Virus record (IMG/VR): IMGVR_UViG_3300048565_000110
Coordinates: 1 to 56,220 of that record
Source: a virus
Lineage: Duplodnaviria > Caudoviricetes
Length of the DNA stretch: 56,220 nt
Strand: one strand, 5' to 3'
Below the pieces are notes generated by a model. The model worked only from the letters and a program-made list of their open reading frames with translations. It made no database searches and had not been told where the DNA came from. Positions 9,127-19,202 of the stretch are shown here, one piece after another (position 1 is the first letter of the stretch; each line of letters starts with the position of its first letter). The position numbers were made by a program, and so were the translations under genes.

Positions 9127-11480
9127 GATCCCTCCGGAACGATGAAGGCCTGGACTGCCGGGATGGAGGATGCGGCGACGAGCACCGGGCATTCCGACCA
9201 GTCAGGCAGCTCGCCGGACAGATCGGGGTAGGCGTTGGTCTTCTTCGTGGCCGCGTCATGAGTCCACAGCTCGGCGCTGTAGCGCTCCAAGTCGATGTCG
9301 AGCGAATCTCCGGCAGTCAAGTTGCCCGCGTAGGAGGCGATTCGGTTGCGATTGATCGGCGCCTCGGGCGGCGCGATCTCCTTCTCCGGGAACTCCTTGG
9401 GGAACTGCCAGATCCAAAAAGCGTCCCAGTGGCACGCATCACCGAGGATGATCGAGGTTGGGGTAGTGGTCAGGTCGGTAGTCGTGAGGTCGGTATCGGT
9501 CTCGGCGGCCTGCGCCATTCCATAGCCACCGGTAGCGCGCTCCACGTAGAGGCGCATCCCGGCCTCGTCGCTGTCCAGCCAGGTGCCGTTGCTGAACCGG
9601 GTCACCAAGCCGAGCACGCCGCGACCCGTGCTCCCCTTCCACTGCTCCACGGTGAGGTCGTCGCCCGTCACGCTGACGAAGGTGGATGATCCGGCCCCGC
9701 GGTTGTAGAGAAGCGCGTTGACACCACCGTCCCAAACGAGCTGATGGAGGTTGTCGCTTCCAGCGGCAGCGCACCAGATCAGGCATGACCCACGACCACT
9801 ACCCGTTCGCGCGAACTGCGGCAAGACCTGGGCTACGATCGTGCAGCCGTGACGATTGACTGAGTCCGTGAGCACCACACACTCGCCTGGGATCATCTGG
9901 AGGCGGCGACCGTAGGCCCCTGGCTCGAAGAAGACGCTGTCGGTGCCCGCCCGGGCGCTTAGAGCCGTGACCTGAACGTCGTCGAGGTAGATCGTCGAAG
10001 CGCCGAGTCCGAAGATCCTGATCACGAAGGTGGAGGCGGTCTTGGCGACGAAGTGCCCGGAGATCCTCGCCCAGCCGGTGCTGACATTGACCTCCATATT
10101 CAGGGTGGCCGTGGATCCGATCGCCCAGACTTTGATGCCGGCCGCCACGGAGGCCTTGGCCCACATGCTGAAGTGGAATGCATCGCCAGCAGCGGCCGAT
10201 ACCGCGCTGCTCTCAACATAGTTCGACCCGGTGAAGCTCACGCGCCAGCAGTTCGCTCCGGTCAGTTCCTCGGTGGTGTCCTGAGCACCGGTCCCCGCGG
10301 AGAGAGTCCACCCCGTCGGGACGCCCCCGGCGAAGCTCCCCTCGAAGGATCCATTCGTGATGCTGGACGCTCCGACGTAAACCCCCTTGAGGTAGAACGT
10401 CTTTCCGGAGACCGCGGTGTAGAACCGGATCTGCCACGCACCCCCAGCGCCTGTAGGGACGGTGAACTCCACCTGCGTCCATTCGCCGACATCGCCAAGC
10501 GCGCCGCGCGTGGCCACAGGTGAACCCGAAGGGCCGACCTCAACGGCGACACCGCCGCTCGGACCGAACTCGCGGAAGACCAGAAACCGCACCACCAGAT
10601 CCTTGTTGGCCGGAGCGGTGAACGTGGCGATCGCTGATCCAAAGGCGGCGCTCGGGACCACCTTCAGGATCTGGGTTCCAAAGGGCACGCGCATGCCACC
10701 GTCGGTCTGGGCGACCTTGCTCAGCGTGGCGCTCGATGCCGTCCACCCCGTCGTTCCGGCCCCCTCGCAGAGACCGTCCGTGATGAGATTGAGATCCTGG
10801 ATGCCGTGCACGACGCCATCGATGCTTCCCAGGCTGCCCAAGCAATCGAGGCGGCCATCGAAAGTGTGGACGACGCCGCTCTCAGCGCTTCCGAACACCG
10901 GCGCGGTAGCGGGGCCGAACACGCGAAGTAGCGATCTGCGGAACCCGGCCGCGGCGACGTTCGACTGGGAGAGGATCGCGAACTCAGGAGCGCCCGCGGA
11001 TGCCGCCGAGAGATCGGAGTATTGAGGCTGCTCACTCAACGAGTGCGATAGCGCGTTTTGGCTGACCGGCAGCACCGCCGTGATGTTGAACGCCGCGACA
11101 GTGTTCACGTCGGGGTCCAGCCGCCACTGGTTGCTCTGGAAGTCGTGCTCGACAAACTCCACGCTGTCGAACTCGTAGACGGCGCTCGGATCGTCTGCGA
11201 AGACCAGCCTGCCGGCCATGCGCGTCCCCAAGGGATCGCGCGTCTCAGAGAGTGCAGCTCGCAGGAACGCTGCGCGATTCGTCGTGGTCATGTACCCGGC
11301 AAGCTCGATGGTCATCGGTTCGAGGGTGCCGCCGTAGGATACGGTGCCATGCCGCAGCGGGAAGTCCAGGGTGCGCCGGCGGAGCCTTACCGAGCGTGAC
11401 TTCGTCGGGCGGAGGACCTCGAAACCGAAGCGGGCCCGCAGGTCCAACCCATTCATGATGACTGAAGGTGAGAGACTCAC
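9123..11480 (-). CDS. Distal tail protein (Dit) with inserted CBM-like modules
   Basis: Immediately after the tape measure; Dit-like N-terminus (MNGLDL..FG...GRLVFADDP); two NLI.DG/NGSFE..GW jelly-roll repeats. Confidence 0.75.
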   Translation of the reverse strand: MSLSPSVIMNGLDLRARFGFEVLRPTKSRSVRLRRRTLDFPLRHGTVSYGGTLEPMTIELAGYMTTTNRAAFLRAALSETRDPLGTRMAGRLVFADDPSAVYEFDSVEFVEHDFQSNQWRLDPDVNTVAAFNITAVLPVSQNALSHSLSEQPQYSDLSAASAGAPEFAILSQSNVAAAGFRRSLLRVFGPATAPVFGSAESGVVHTFDGRLDCLGSLGSIDGVVHGIQDLNLITDGLCEGAGTTGWTASSATLSKVAQTDGGMRVPFGTQILKVVPSAAFGSAIATFTAPANKDLVVRFLVFREFGPSGGVAVEVGPSGSPVATRGALGDVGEWTQVEFTVPTGAGGAWQIRFYTAVSGKTFYLKGVYVGASSITNGSFEGSFAGGVPTGWTLSAGTGAQDTTEELTGANCWRVSFTGSNYVESSAVSAAAGDAFHFSMWAKASVAAGIKVWAIGSTATLNMEVNVSTGWARISGHFVAKTASTFVIRIFGLGASTIYLDDVQVTALSARAGTDSVFFEPGAYGRRLQMIPGECVVLTDSVNRHGCTIVAQVLPQFARTGSGRGSCLIWCAAAGSDNLHQLVWDGGVNALLYNRGAGSSTFVSVTGDDLTVEQWKGSTGRGVLGLVTRFSNGTWLDSDEAGMRLYVERATGGYGMAQAAETDTDLTTTDLTTTPTSIILGDACHWDAFWIWQFPKEFPEKEIAPPEAPINRNRIASYAGNLTAGDSLDIDLERYSAELWTHDAATKKTNAYPDLSGELPDWSECPVLVAASSIPAVQAFIVPEGS

Positions 11481-14400
11481 AGCCCCCTCCTTGTAGCCCG
11501 CACGATCCCCTGGCTACGGGTGCGGCTTGCCGTGGTTACCCTGGCCGACGCCAGTGCACCGCTGGAGACGACCGTGGCCGTGGCGGCTGCCGGGTTCGCC
11601 GGGTCGACGTTGACGGTCACCTGGACCTGCGGCTGCGAGAGAACAAGGCGGCGGTCCACCTCGGCCCGGCGCACCTGCTGGGCGCGCTCGTAGATGTTCT
11701 GGGCCACCTGATAGATCTGGTTCAGGTGCTCGTTCATCGCATCCATCACGGCGGTGGAGTCAGCGATCTTCTCCAGGTAGAGGATCTGCGTATTGCCGAT
11801 CCCGATGAGCGAGCGCCCCTGCTCTTCGGTCAAGGAGACGTTTCGGCCGACGCTGACAGTGTCCTCTGCGGTGGTATCGGCCCCACTCGCAATGTCGTCT
11901 CCGATGTTCTCCAGCTGCGCGAGAATGGCGGCGAGATCGCTGGGGGTGAGCCCACCCGATTCGATGATCTGCTTGAGGTAGGCCACGATCTCGTTGGTGC
12001 TCATCCCCATGATTTGTGCGAGCTGCTGTACCAGGGGATTCTCGCCGGTGATGTCTCCGCCCGCGAAGATCTGCGCTAGGATCCCGGCCGCACCCTCGAT
12101 CTTGTCGGGGTCGATGTGATCCAGGAAGTGCCCCAAGCTCTCGGCGCCGGCATCGCCGCTCTGTTTCAAGAGATCAACCAGCTTCTGCCACTTTTGCAGC
12201 GGGTCTTCGATGTCCATGGCGTCGATCAGGAAGCCCCACTTCGCCAGCACATCATCGAGCGTCTTGTTCTGGAAGATGCCCCACTCCGCGATCGCCTGGT
12301 TGGCTTGGTCGATCAGGGATTGGAGATACTTCCACATCGCATCGAAGTTGCCCCTGATCTCATTGGGCACGTCGATACCCAGCTTCTTGAGCATCTGTTC
12401 GGCTTCGTACACGCCACGCCATGGAGTCTTGCCGTCCAACGTCTTCAGCCACGCGTCCTGAACCGATCCCAGATCTTCAGCCTGCTTGGTGAGCGAGGAG
12501 AGGGGGATGTCGTTCAGAGATTCTGCGAACGAATCGACGGCGTCCTTCGTCGCCATGATCTTCTCGGACATAGTAGGTTCAGAAACCGTCTTGAAGAGGC
12601 TGCCCAGGATGTCCGCTACGATGTTCCCTGCCATCTGCGGCATGCTGACGCTGAGCGAATCGCCGATGCTGCTGAGAATCCCGCCGCCATCCTTTAGCTT
12701 GTCAAAGAAGGAGCTGAAGGCTCCCTGTAAACCCTGCGGCCCGAGACGGGAGGCGAGCTGCTGGAGTCCGTCGTTAAGCGGGTCGATCTCTGCGGCGGCC
12801 TTCTCGGCCTTGTATCCCATGGCCTCAAGGCTCGGACCGACCTCGGCCAGCGGGTCATTGACCGGAACTCCGGCCAGCATCGGACCGCCGGAGTAGGACG
12901 TGTCGCGTGCGTACTTGCCGTACCTGGAGACGCGGTCGGTGGCGGCCTTCTTCCGCTTCTCCTCCAGATCAAGCATCAGATCGATCTCGATCTTCTGGCG
13001 TTCCTTCAGCGCGTCCAGTTCCGCTTTCTCGCGCTCAGTCCGAGCGTCGTCCTCGGCCTTCTTGCGTTCGTCGAGAAGGTTCTGGAAGAAGGCCAGTTCC
13101 ACGGCGCCGAGCGCGTCGAACTGCTCCTGGCTGAAGAATGCCGCGCCGACGTTCTCTTCGATGAAGGCGCGCAGCTCGAGGGCAGCCTTCTTCTCGGCGG
13201 CCAGGCGGGCATCGATCGCGCGGTCGGTGGCTGTGCTGCCGCCCATCTCCTTGAAACTAGGTCCGACTTCGCCCTCAGTTTCGACTGCCTTCTTGGTCTC
13301 GTCGGCGACGCCCTTCATTGATTTCCGCAGACGCTCAAGGACTTCCACGCGGTAATTCAGCCAGTCCTTGCCGAAGGCGCGAGCCAGGATCTGCTCGTCC
13401 TTCTCCATCTGCTTCGTCTCTTCGTCGGTGCGGTTCACGGCCTCGCGAAGTCGCAGCCATTCCTCGACAACAGCATCGACTCCGATGCTCTCCGCTACTC
13501 CGGCGAGAGATTCCGTGAGCCCAGCCACCTTCGCTTCCCAGGTCTGCAAGAACTGGAGGGCCTTGTCGCGCCTCTCTTCCACTTCCGAGCGGGCGTATAT
13601 GTTTCTGCCGCCGGCTAGTCCGCCTGACAGCACGAGTGGAGATCCGCGTTGCTTCTGAAGCTCTCGGCTGAGCCCCTCGAAGGTATACCGAGCCGTCCCC
13701 ACGCGATCCGTGATGTTGTCGATCTCGTCTGCGATTTCCTTGAAGGACTCCCTGCCCTTCTTGTCGAGGAGACGCCCGAGCTCGAGGCGGTTGCGACGCA
13801 GCGCTCCGGTGTTGAACTCAAGCGCCTCGCCCGACTTGTCCACTGCTGATACCAAGTCCGGATAGGCCTCGGCAAGCAGCTTGGTGACCTTGCGCAGTTC
13901 CTCGGTCTCGTCCGTCGTGAGCGGGATCTTCTTGCTGCTGAGCTCGTCGTAACGGTCGGCGAGCGGGATCATTGTAGAGTCGAGACGCGTGATTTCAGAC
14001 CGCAGCTTCACGACTCCGGATGCTTCCGACTCCATCTGCTTCGTGTGGTCGAGCGAGATGCTGTTGAGCGCCGTGATCGCCTTCATGACCGAGCCCAGGA
14101 GCACGTTCCCCAGCTCTATCCACCCCCTGGACAGCTTGTTCTTGAGGAGCTGCGCCTGGTTCTCCAGCGTGTTGTTCATGATCTCGAAGGCGGCGTTCGC
14201 TGCCCCACCGGCCTGGTTGATCATGATGTCCTGCTGGCGGGCGAACTCCCCGGACTGCTTCCCAGCAAGGGCGAGGACAGCGGTCAGCCCGCGCACATCG
14301 TCGAAGAGCCGCGCCTGCGCCTCGGCGTTCCCGTTGGTCTTCTCCTGCACCTCCTGGAGAAAGCCGACCAGGCCCTTCGCCGCGAGCGCCTGCGAGTTGA

Positions 14401-15139
14401 ACTCCAAGCCCATCTCGCGGGCCGCTTCCGCAGCACCCTGCGACGGCTTCAGGATCGCCATCAGCACGCCGCGGATGGCGGTGCCTGCGATCTCCATGCT
14501 GAGACCGCCCTTGGTCAGGGTGGCGACGGCAGCGCCCACGTCTTCGAGGCTGATCTTCGCGGCGGCGGCGAACGGGATCACGCGACCGATCGCACCGGCC
14601 AGCTCCGGGAACGTGACCTTGCCTTCGCGGACCGTGGTGAAGAGCACATCGGAGATCCGGGTGGACTCCGAGGCCTCCATGCCGTAGGCGTTGAGGATCG
14701 TGGTGATGGCATCCACGGAGGTGAACGTGTCCGAGAGCCCACCGACGGCGGTCCTGGAAGCAACCTCGAGGACGTGGTAGGCATCGGCGGTGTCGGTGAT
14801 CCCGGCGGAGAGGACCTCGTAGTAGCCCTTGGCGAGCTGGCCCTGGTCCTGCGGTACCGCGTTCGCCAGGTCGAGGACCCTCTTCTCCATGACGGCGATC
14901 TCTTCGGCGGTCCCGGACATGATGGTGCGCACTTCAGCCCAGGAGTGGTGCCACTTGGCGGCAGCATCGACGGATGCGGCCCCGATGCCGACGACGGCCG
15001 TTCCCACGGCCAGCGAGATGCCGAGCGGAGACTTCATCAACGCGGAGATGCGCGCGAGGCTGCTCTTGACCGCAGCCTCGCCGGCAGCCAGCTGCCCGAC
15101 GTCGTACCCAACGCCTACGGCAAGCCTGTCGATAATCAC
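11477..15139 (-). CDS. Tail tape measure protein (TP901 family)
   Basis: 1220 aa helical protein with LAKGYYEVLSAG, SDVLFTTVREGKVTFPELA and AGTAIRGVL core motifs. Confidence 0.93.
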   Translation of the reverse strand: MIIDRLAVGVGYDVGQLAAGEAAVKSSLARISALMKSPLGISLAVGTAVVGIGAASVDAAAKWHHSWAEVRTIMSGTAEEIAVMEKRVLDLANAVPQDQGQLAKGYYEVLSAGITDTADAYHVLEVASRTAVGGLSDTFTSVDAITTILNAYGMEASESTRISDVLFTTVREGKVTFPELAGAIGRVIPFAAAAKISLEDVGAAVATLTKGGLSMEIAGTAIRGVLMAILKPSQGAAEAAREMGLEFNSQALAAKGLVGFLQEVQEKTNGNAEAQARLFDDVRGLTAVLALAGKQSGEFARQQDIMINQAGGAANAAFEIMNNTLENQAQLLKNKLSRGWIELGNVLLGSVMKAITALNSISLDHTKQMESEASGVVKLRSEITRLDSTMIPLADRYDELSSKKIPLTTDETEELRKVTKLLAEAYPDLVSAVDKSGEALEFNTGALRRNRLELGRLLDKKGRESFKEIADEIDNITDRVGTARYTFEGLSRELQKQRGSPLVLSGGLAGGRNIYARSEVEERRDKALQFLQTWEAKVAGLTESLAGVAESIGVDAVVEEWLRLREAVNRTDEETKQMEKDEQILARAFGKDWLNYRVEVLERLRKSMKGVADETKKAVETEGEVGPSFKEMGGSTATDRAIDARLAAEKKAALELRAFIEENVGAAFFSQEQFDALGAVELAFFQNLLDERKKAEDDARTEREKAELDALKERQKIEIDLMLDLEEKRKKAATDRVSRYGKYARDTSYSGGPMLAGVPVNDPLAEVGPSLEAMGYKAEKAAAEIDPLNDGLQQLASRLGPQGLQGAFSSFFDKLKDGGGILSSIGDSLSVSMPQMAGNIVADILGSLFKTVSEPTMSEKIMATKDAVDSFAESLNDIPLSSLTKQAEDLGSVQDAWLKTLDGKTPWRGVYEAEQMLKKLGIDVPNEIRGNFDAMWKYLQSLIDQANQAIAEWGIFQNKTLDDVLAKWGFLIDAMDIEDPLQKWQKLVDLLKQSGDAGAESLGHFLDHIDPDKIEGAAGILAQIFAGGDITGENPLVQQLAQIMGMSTNEIVAYLKQIIESGGLTPSDLAAILAQLENIGDDIASGADTTAEDTVSVGRNVSLTEEQGRSLIGIGNTQILYLEKIADSTAVMDAMNEHLNQIYQVAQNIYERAQQVRRAEVDRRLVLSQPQVQVTVNVDPANPAAATATVVSSGALASARVTTASRTRSQGIVRATRRGL

Positions 15140-15188
15140 GTCCGCACCCCCACCCCGCCCACTTCACCTGCGCCACGAGCCCCCAGGC

Positions 15189-15392
15189 TCAGGCGTCCAT
15201 CCACTCGTCCGTCTGCGCCGACCCGCCGTCCTTGAACGACATTCCGTAGCCATCCAAGGTCGAGAGGAGCGGCCTGATCCCAATGCCCCAGACGATGTAT
15301 CGGTGCTTCCACTTCGTCAGCCGGGCCACCAGCCCGAGGAACCCAGCGGTCGTCCGGTAGCCGTCTACCCGCTGAGCCCCATGGCTTTTTTT
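15189..15392 (-). CDS. Tail assembly chaperone, -1 frameshifted extension (gpT-like)
   Basis: -1 frame stays open from the A7 slippery run to TGA at 15189, just before the tape measure. Confidence 0.75.
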   Translation of the reverse strand, partial: KKSHGAQRVDGYRTTAGFLGLVARLTKWKHRYIVWGIGIRPLLSTLDGYGMSFKDGGSAQTDEWMDA

Positions 15393-15979
15393 AGGAGGAA
15401 GCTCACCCCCGCTCGATCGCGCACCATGAACGTCTGGAGAATCGTCTCGAACTCGGTCTGGCCGACTCCCCACATCGCCGTCTCAGAATCGAGCGCCATG
15501 TTCTCCGGGTCAGGTTCCTTGCCTGTCGGCTCCACCAGGAGTTGCAGGAGCTTCGTCTGAAGGTCGATCTCCTCCTTGCTCCCGCTCTTGATCGCCGCCG
15601 CGCGGGCGTCGAGGAGCCTGTCGATCAGATCCTGGGCCGATGACCCAGCCGACCCCTTCTCGGCGTCCTGGACAGCCCGCAGCACGTTGCCCTCAGTCCG
15701 GGACGACACGCGCGATAGGTCGGTGAGCGTCTCCCCGATCATGTGCAGGAGCCCGAAGCTGCGACTCGTGAGGCTGAAGGTCTTCTCCCCCAGCTTGATC
15801 GTCTTCGGAATGTCCAGGGCAGCACGCTTACGCTCGAAGTCGAGCAGCTCCGCCATCAAGGACGGCGGTTGTGGCGCCGGAGCCGATCCATGCGTCACGT
15901 CCTCACCCGCCGGAACCGCCGGCGGCGGCGGAACGTCAGGTCTCAACTGATCCTCTCTCGGTGGTCTCGTTCGCTTCAT
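15365..15979 (-). CDS. Tail assembly chaperone (gpG-like)
   Basis: Upstream of the tape measure; ends ...SFLLKKAMGLSG and contains the slippery site. Confidence 0.75.
   Translation of the reverse strand: MKRTRPPREDQLRPDVPPPPAVPAGEDVTHGSAPAPQPPSLMAELLDFERKRAALDIPKTIKLGEKTFSLTSRSFGLLHMIGETLTDLSRVSSRTEGNVLRAVQDAEKGSAGSSAQDLIDRLLDARAAAIKSGSKEEIDLQTKLLQLLVEPTGKEPDPENMALDSETAMWGVGQTEFETILQTFMVRDRAGVSFLLKKAMGLSG
15385..15392 (-). promoter_or_regulatory. -1 programmed ribosomal frameshift site A AAA AAA G
   Basis: CTA AAA AAA GCC on the minus strand in a high-GC genome, at the canonical G/T position. Confidence 0.8.
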
Positions 15980-16503
15980 ACGCGCACCACTCCTGACTCG
16001 CGCCGGAACCGTCGCGCCGATATCGGATTCCAACTCCAGCTCCCTTGCTCGCGAATGATCCGCATCGTCCACACACCGACAGCGGCCTCCCGCGCGGTGC
16101 CCAGGAACTTGGCGGTGGTCCGCACGTCCACGATGAACTCTGGTTTCAAACCGTCCAGCACGAGAACCTCGGGCTCGCCGACCTCGACCAGGGGGGTGGA
16201 GGTCACGAGGCTCAGGATCTCCGCCTTGGCACTTCCGACCCGCCCCTCTCGAATGGCGGTGCGGATGCGCCGGATTGCGTCGCTCGGCATGACGCCCGAA
16301 GTGGGAAGCGGTCGCTGGCCGTTGTGCTCCGCCCAGGCGCTGATCTGGGCGATCTGCTCGTAAGGGGCCGTGGCCACCCCGGCTGCCCAGGACGGTTGGA
16401 CGAGTGAGACCAGGGTGCCTACGTCCTCTCTGATCCAAGCCGTGGCGACCTTGGCCCAGGTGCGTTCCGGTGAACCATCTGGGTAGTCTTTGACCGCCTT
16501 CAT
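15976..16503 (-). CDS. Hypothetical protein
   Basis: Starts and stops overlap both neighbours. Confidence 0.7.
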   Translation of the reverse strand: MKAVKDYPDGSPERTWAKVATAWIREDVGTLVSLVQPSWAAGVATAPYEQIAQISAWAEHNGQRPLPTSGVMPSDAIRRIRTAIREGRVGSAKAEILSLVTSTPLVEVGEPEVLVLDGLKPEFIVDVRTTAKFLGTAREAAVGVWTMRIIREQGSWSWNPISARRFRRESGVVRV

Positions 16504-16850
16504 GCCGCCTCCTGCCTACGAGGGGCCCCATCCATGTCGAACCGCTTCATGTCCATCCGTAGGCGCCGGCGCGCCGACCGGATGCGACCGTTCGCGCGGC
16601 GATACGGAAGCTCGCCCACGGCGTACTCAATTACGCCCAGGCAGCTCTTGCGCCCTTCCAGGTCGTTGAGGCTGAGCACCGAGTCCGGGCACAGATGGAA
16701 CCGGACACGGCCGCGATCCGTCCTGACTGTCTTCGAGAACCACCCGATCGGGATGTTCCAGGTCGGGTCCAGCTGCGGATCGCGCACTTTCGTTCCGCAC
16801 CCACCGTCGCACTCCCACTCCGTTGATCCGTTCGGGAGGATCCGCTTCAC
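16500..16850 (-). CDS. Hypothetical Cys-containing protein (CDGGC...HLCP, possible Zn finger)
   Basis: GTG start overlaps the upstream TGA; RBS GGAGGG. Confidence 0.6.
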   Translation of the reverse strand: MKRILPNGSTEWECDGGCGTKVRDPQLDPTWNIPIGWFSKTVRTDRGRVRFHLCPDSVLSLNDLEGRKSCLGVIEYAVGELPYRRANGRIRSARRRLRMDMKRFDMDGAPRRQEAA

Positions 16851-17656
16851 GCCACCCTCCGACAGATGGCGTATGCCTCTTTGGCCTTGTGCTGCGAGGG
16901 ATTCTTTCGATACCCGAAGTCCACCGGTGCCAACTTCGCGGACTCCAGCAAGGGAAGCCATCCGGGCTTGAACGCGGTCGTGATGCTGCGGTAGCGCCCC
17001 GTGTTGACGCCCGGGTGCATCGTGTTGACCCGTCGTGCATCCCTGCCCACCTGCGCAGCGCTGAGCGCGTCCCATGCGATCGGGATGTCGGTCAGGTGGG
17101 ATACTTCCTCTCCCTCGGTTCCCACCATAGGAACGATCATCCCGAAGAGCCGGTCCACCGGGATGAGACCCGCGATCTCGGGGAGGATGAGTTCCGGGTG
17201 GGGTAGGTGCTCCATCACGTGGCGGGCGATCACCACGTCGTACCAGCGCCCCTCCTTGCGCTCACGCTTGAGCCAGTTCAAGAGGCCGCGCGCCGTGGGC
17301 TTCTTGAGCACGTCGAGTCGGACCCCTGGAAAGCGCTCCGCGCACTCGTCGTGGCGGTACTTGAGCACCTCCACCCCGGTGATCAGTTCGGCAGGGACCT
17401 TCAGCTCCTCGGCCAGGAAAGCGAGGCCGCGGCCTGACCCGTGCCCGATCTCGAGGACGCGGCAGCGCCGCTGCCCATTCGTGAACCCCACTTGCAGGCC
17501 GAAGACGATGCAGTGGGTCAGGAGGTCCGCGTAGCTCTGCCACTCGTCGCGGCGCCACTGGCGGTAGAACTCGGGCCAGCGATCGAGCTTCTCATGCCAC
17601 TCGCGCTGCGACTGATCGTTGAGTTCGGCGAGGTTGGTGTCGAGGTCGGCGATCAT
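16847..17656 (-). CDS. Class I SAM-dependent methyltransferase
   Basis: RVLEIGHGSG, ITGVE and YDVVIARHVMEHLPHP motifs. Confidence 0.88.
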   Translation of the reverse strand: MIADLDTNLAELNDQSQREWHEKLDRWPEFYRQWRRDEWQSYADLLTHCIVFGLQVGFTNGQRRCRVLEIGHGSGRGLAFLAEELKVPAELITGVEVLKYRHDECAERFPGVRLDVLKKPTARGLLNWLKRERKEGRWYDVVIARHVMEHLPHPELILPEIAGLIPVDRLFGMIVPMVGTEGEEVSHLTDIPIAWDALSAAQVGRDARRVNTMHPGVNTGRYRSITTAFKPGWLPLLESAKLAPVDFGYRKNPSQHKAKEAYAICRRVA

Positions 17657-19128
17657 GCACCCACCTCCAGCCGATGACGGTTCGAGTGCAGCACGGTGGA
17701 GCGGCGCTCACGGTCGGCCGGGTTGCGCCAAAACGGCTCGAAACCCATCTCGCCCATGGCCAGCAGGACCTGCTGCACCGCGCGTTCCCAGGTCCATTCA
17801 CGGTGGACTACCGGGGCACACCGTCGCCCGATCTCGCCCATCACCTCCCGGTTGTGATAGGCGAACGCCATGAGGTCCATGAGGTGATCGATGTCGGCGT
17901 GCGCGTCCAGGCCGAGGCCTCCCTGAGCCTCCGCGGCGTCCTTGATCTCCATGTCGTGGCCTACGAAACGTCGTCCCTGGAGGACCTGCTCCGTGTAGAA
18001 GCTGTCGCCCATCGTGTACTCGATCGGGATCCCGAGCGCGTAGGCGTTGCTTCCGCCCGTGCCAGTGCACTGCAAGGGATTCATGGGCCCAACAGCCGGT
18101 CGAGGGGTTCCGTAGACGTAGTCGCTTGCGCCTGACCAGGGTATGAGAAGGGTCGGTAGCCCGGTGGCCATCGCCTCCAGGGGTTGCAGCCCGAAGCCTT
18201 CACACCGACTCGGGTAGACGAAGAGGTCCGCGTTGAAGAGCAGCATCCGCATCTCCTCGGCACTCAGGTTGTCGCCGTAGAGATCCTGCGGCTCACCCAT
18301 CCAGTTGGACTGGCTCCAGCGCGAGCTGTGGGTGGTGGTCCACTTGAGGACAAGGCGAGCGTCAGGCCCGATCCGCTTGTCGTGCTTGAGACGGGTGAAG
18401 GCCTCGCGAACGAGGAGTCCCATCTTGCGATCGCCGGTAGCCAGGCGAGCCCGCCGGGCCTCGATCGCTGCCGGAGAATACGGATCGACTCCGAGGTCCA
18501 GGTACCACGGAGGCGGAATCGCGCCATGTTCGAGTTCATCCTCGGTCGGCAGCACGTCCGGCTTGGCGGGCTCGTTCAGGGTCATCTCCCGGATGTCGCC
18601 CGGGTTCATACCCATCCACAGGTAGGTGTACTGGGACCGCCTCGCCGGCCTGTCCATCGGCACGAAGTTGCCGGGCTCGATGCCGTGATGGATCACGCGC
18701 ACGGGAACGGTCACGCCACTGGTCTCGAAGATGCGTCGACACCACTCGCTCGTGACCCAGACCTGGTCGAAGGTGTTGGCTCGCTCGACCCACCCCGCTG
18801 GGATGACGGCCGACTCGAAGGTGGTGTAGAGGATCGCGGCCGCAGCCTTCGGGTGCCGCTCCCAGATGGAGCGCGTCTTCTTGTCGATGAAGGGCTGCGT
18901 GTGCGCGATCTGGATGAAGGGGGTTCCCGGCGGATAGTCATCGCTATCGCACGGCGGTGGCCCGCCAAGCTGTGAGACGACCCCCGCGTTCTCGCTCAAG
19001 TTGTGGAAGAGCCTCGATCGCACACGTCCGAAGCCAAAATACTCTAACCCGTTCGGCTCTTTGTAGATCCTCGACCCATTGGGCCCATCTTCATGTATCC
19101 AACTCCACCACAAGATCACAGGTTTCAT
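17653..19128 (-). CDS. Glycosyltransferase, GT-B fold (GT4-like)
   Basis: DQVWVTSEW, VIHHGI and ADLFVYPSRCEGFGLQPLEAMATGLP motifs. Confidence 0.92.
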   Translation of the reverse strand: MKPVILWWSWIHEDGPNGSRIYKEPNGLEYFGFGRVRSRLFHNLSENAGVVSQLGGPPPCDSDDYPPGTPFIQIAHTQPFIDKKTRSIWERHPKAAAAILYTTFESAVIPAGWVERANTFDQVWVTSEWCRRIFETSGVTVPVRVIHHGIEPGNFVPMDRPARRSQYTYLWMGMNPGDIREMTLNEPAKPDVLPTEDELEHGAIPPPWYLDLGVDPYSPAAIEARRARLATGDRKMGLLVREAFTRLKHDKRIGPDARLVLKWTTTHSSRWSQSNWMGEPQDLYGDNLSAEEMRMLLFNADLFVYPSRCEGFGLQPLEAMATGLPTLLIPWSGASDYVYGTPRPAVGPMNPLQCTGTGGSNAYALGIPIEYTMGDSFYTEQVLQGRRFVGHDMEIKDAAEAQGGLGLDAHADIDHLMDLMAFAYHNREVMGEIGRRCAPVVHREWTWERAVQQVLLAMGEMGFEPFWRNPADRERRSTVLHSNRHRLEVGA

Positions 19129-19152
19129 GCCGCCCCCTCAATCCCTTCCCTT

Positions 19153-19189
19153 GTGTGCGGATGGGCCGGCGGGGACTCCCCCGCCGGCC
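19153..19189 (-). terminator. GC-rich stem-loop after the tail tube gene
   Basis: GGCCGGCGGG/CCCGCCGGCC inverted repeat; no U-tract. Confidence 0.45.
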
Positions 19190-19202
19190 TTCCCCGCGTT
19201 AG

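Noticed and set aside
1-11480. Diversity-generating retroelement or invertible tail cassette
   Set aside because: No reverse transcriptase, no TR/VR pair and no invertase or inverted crossover repeats seen
14934-15191. Possible TGA readthrough or recoding after the frameshifted chaperone
   Set aside because: The continuation overlaps the tape measure out of frame, and TGA is used as a normal stop throughout, often in ATGA/GTGA overlaps
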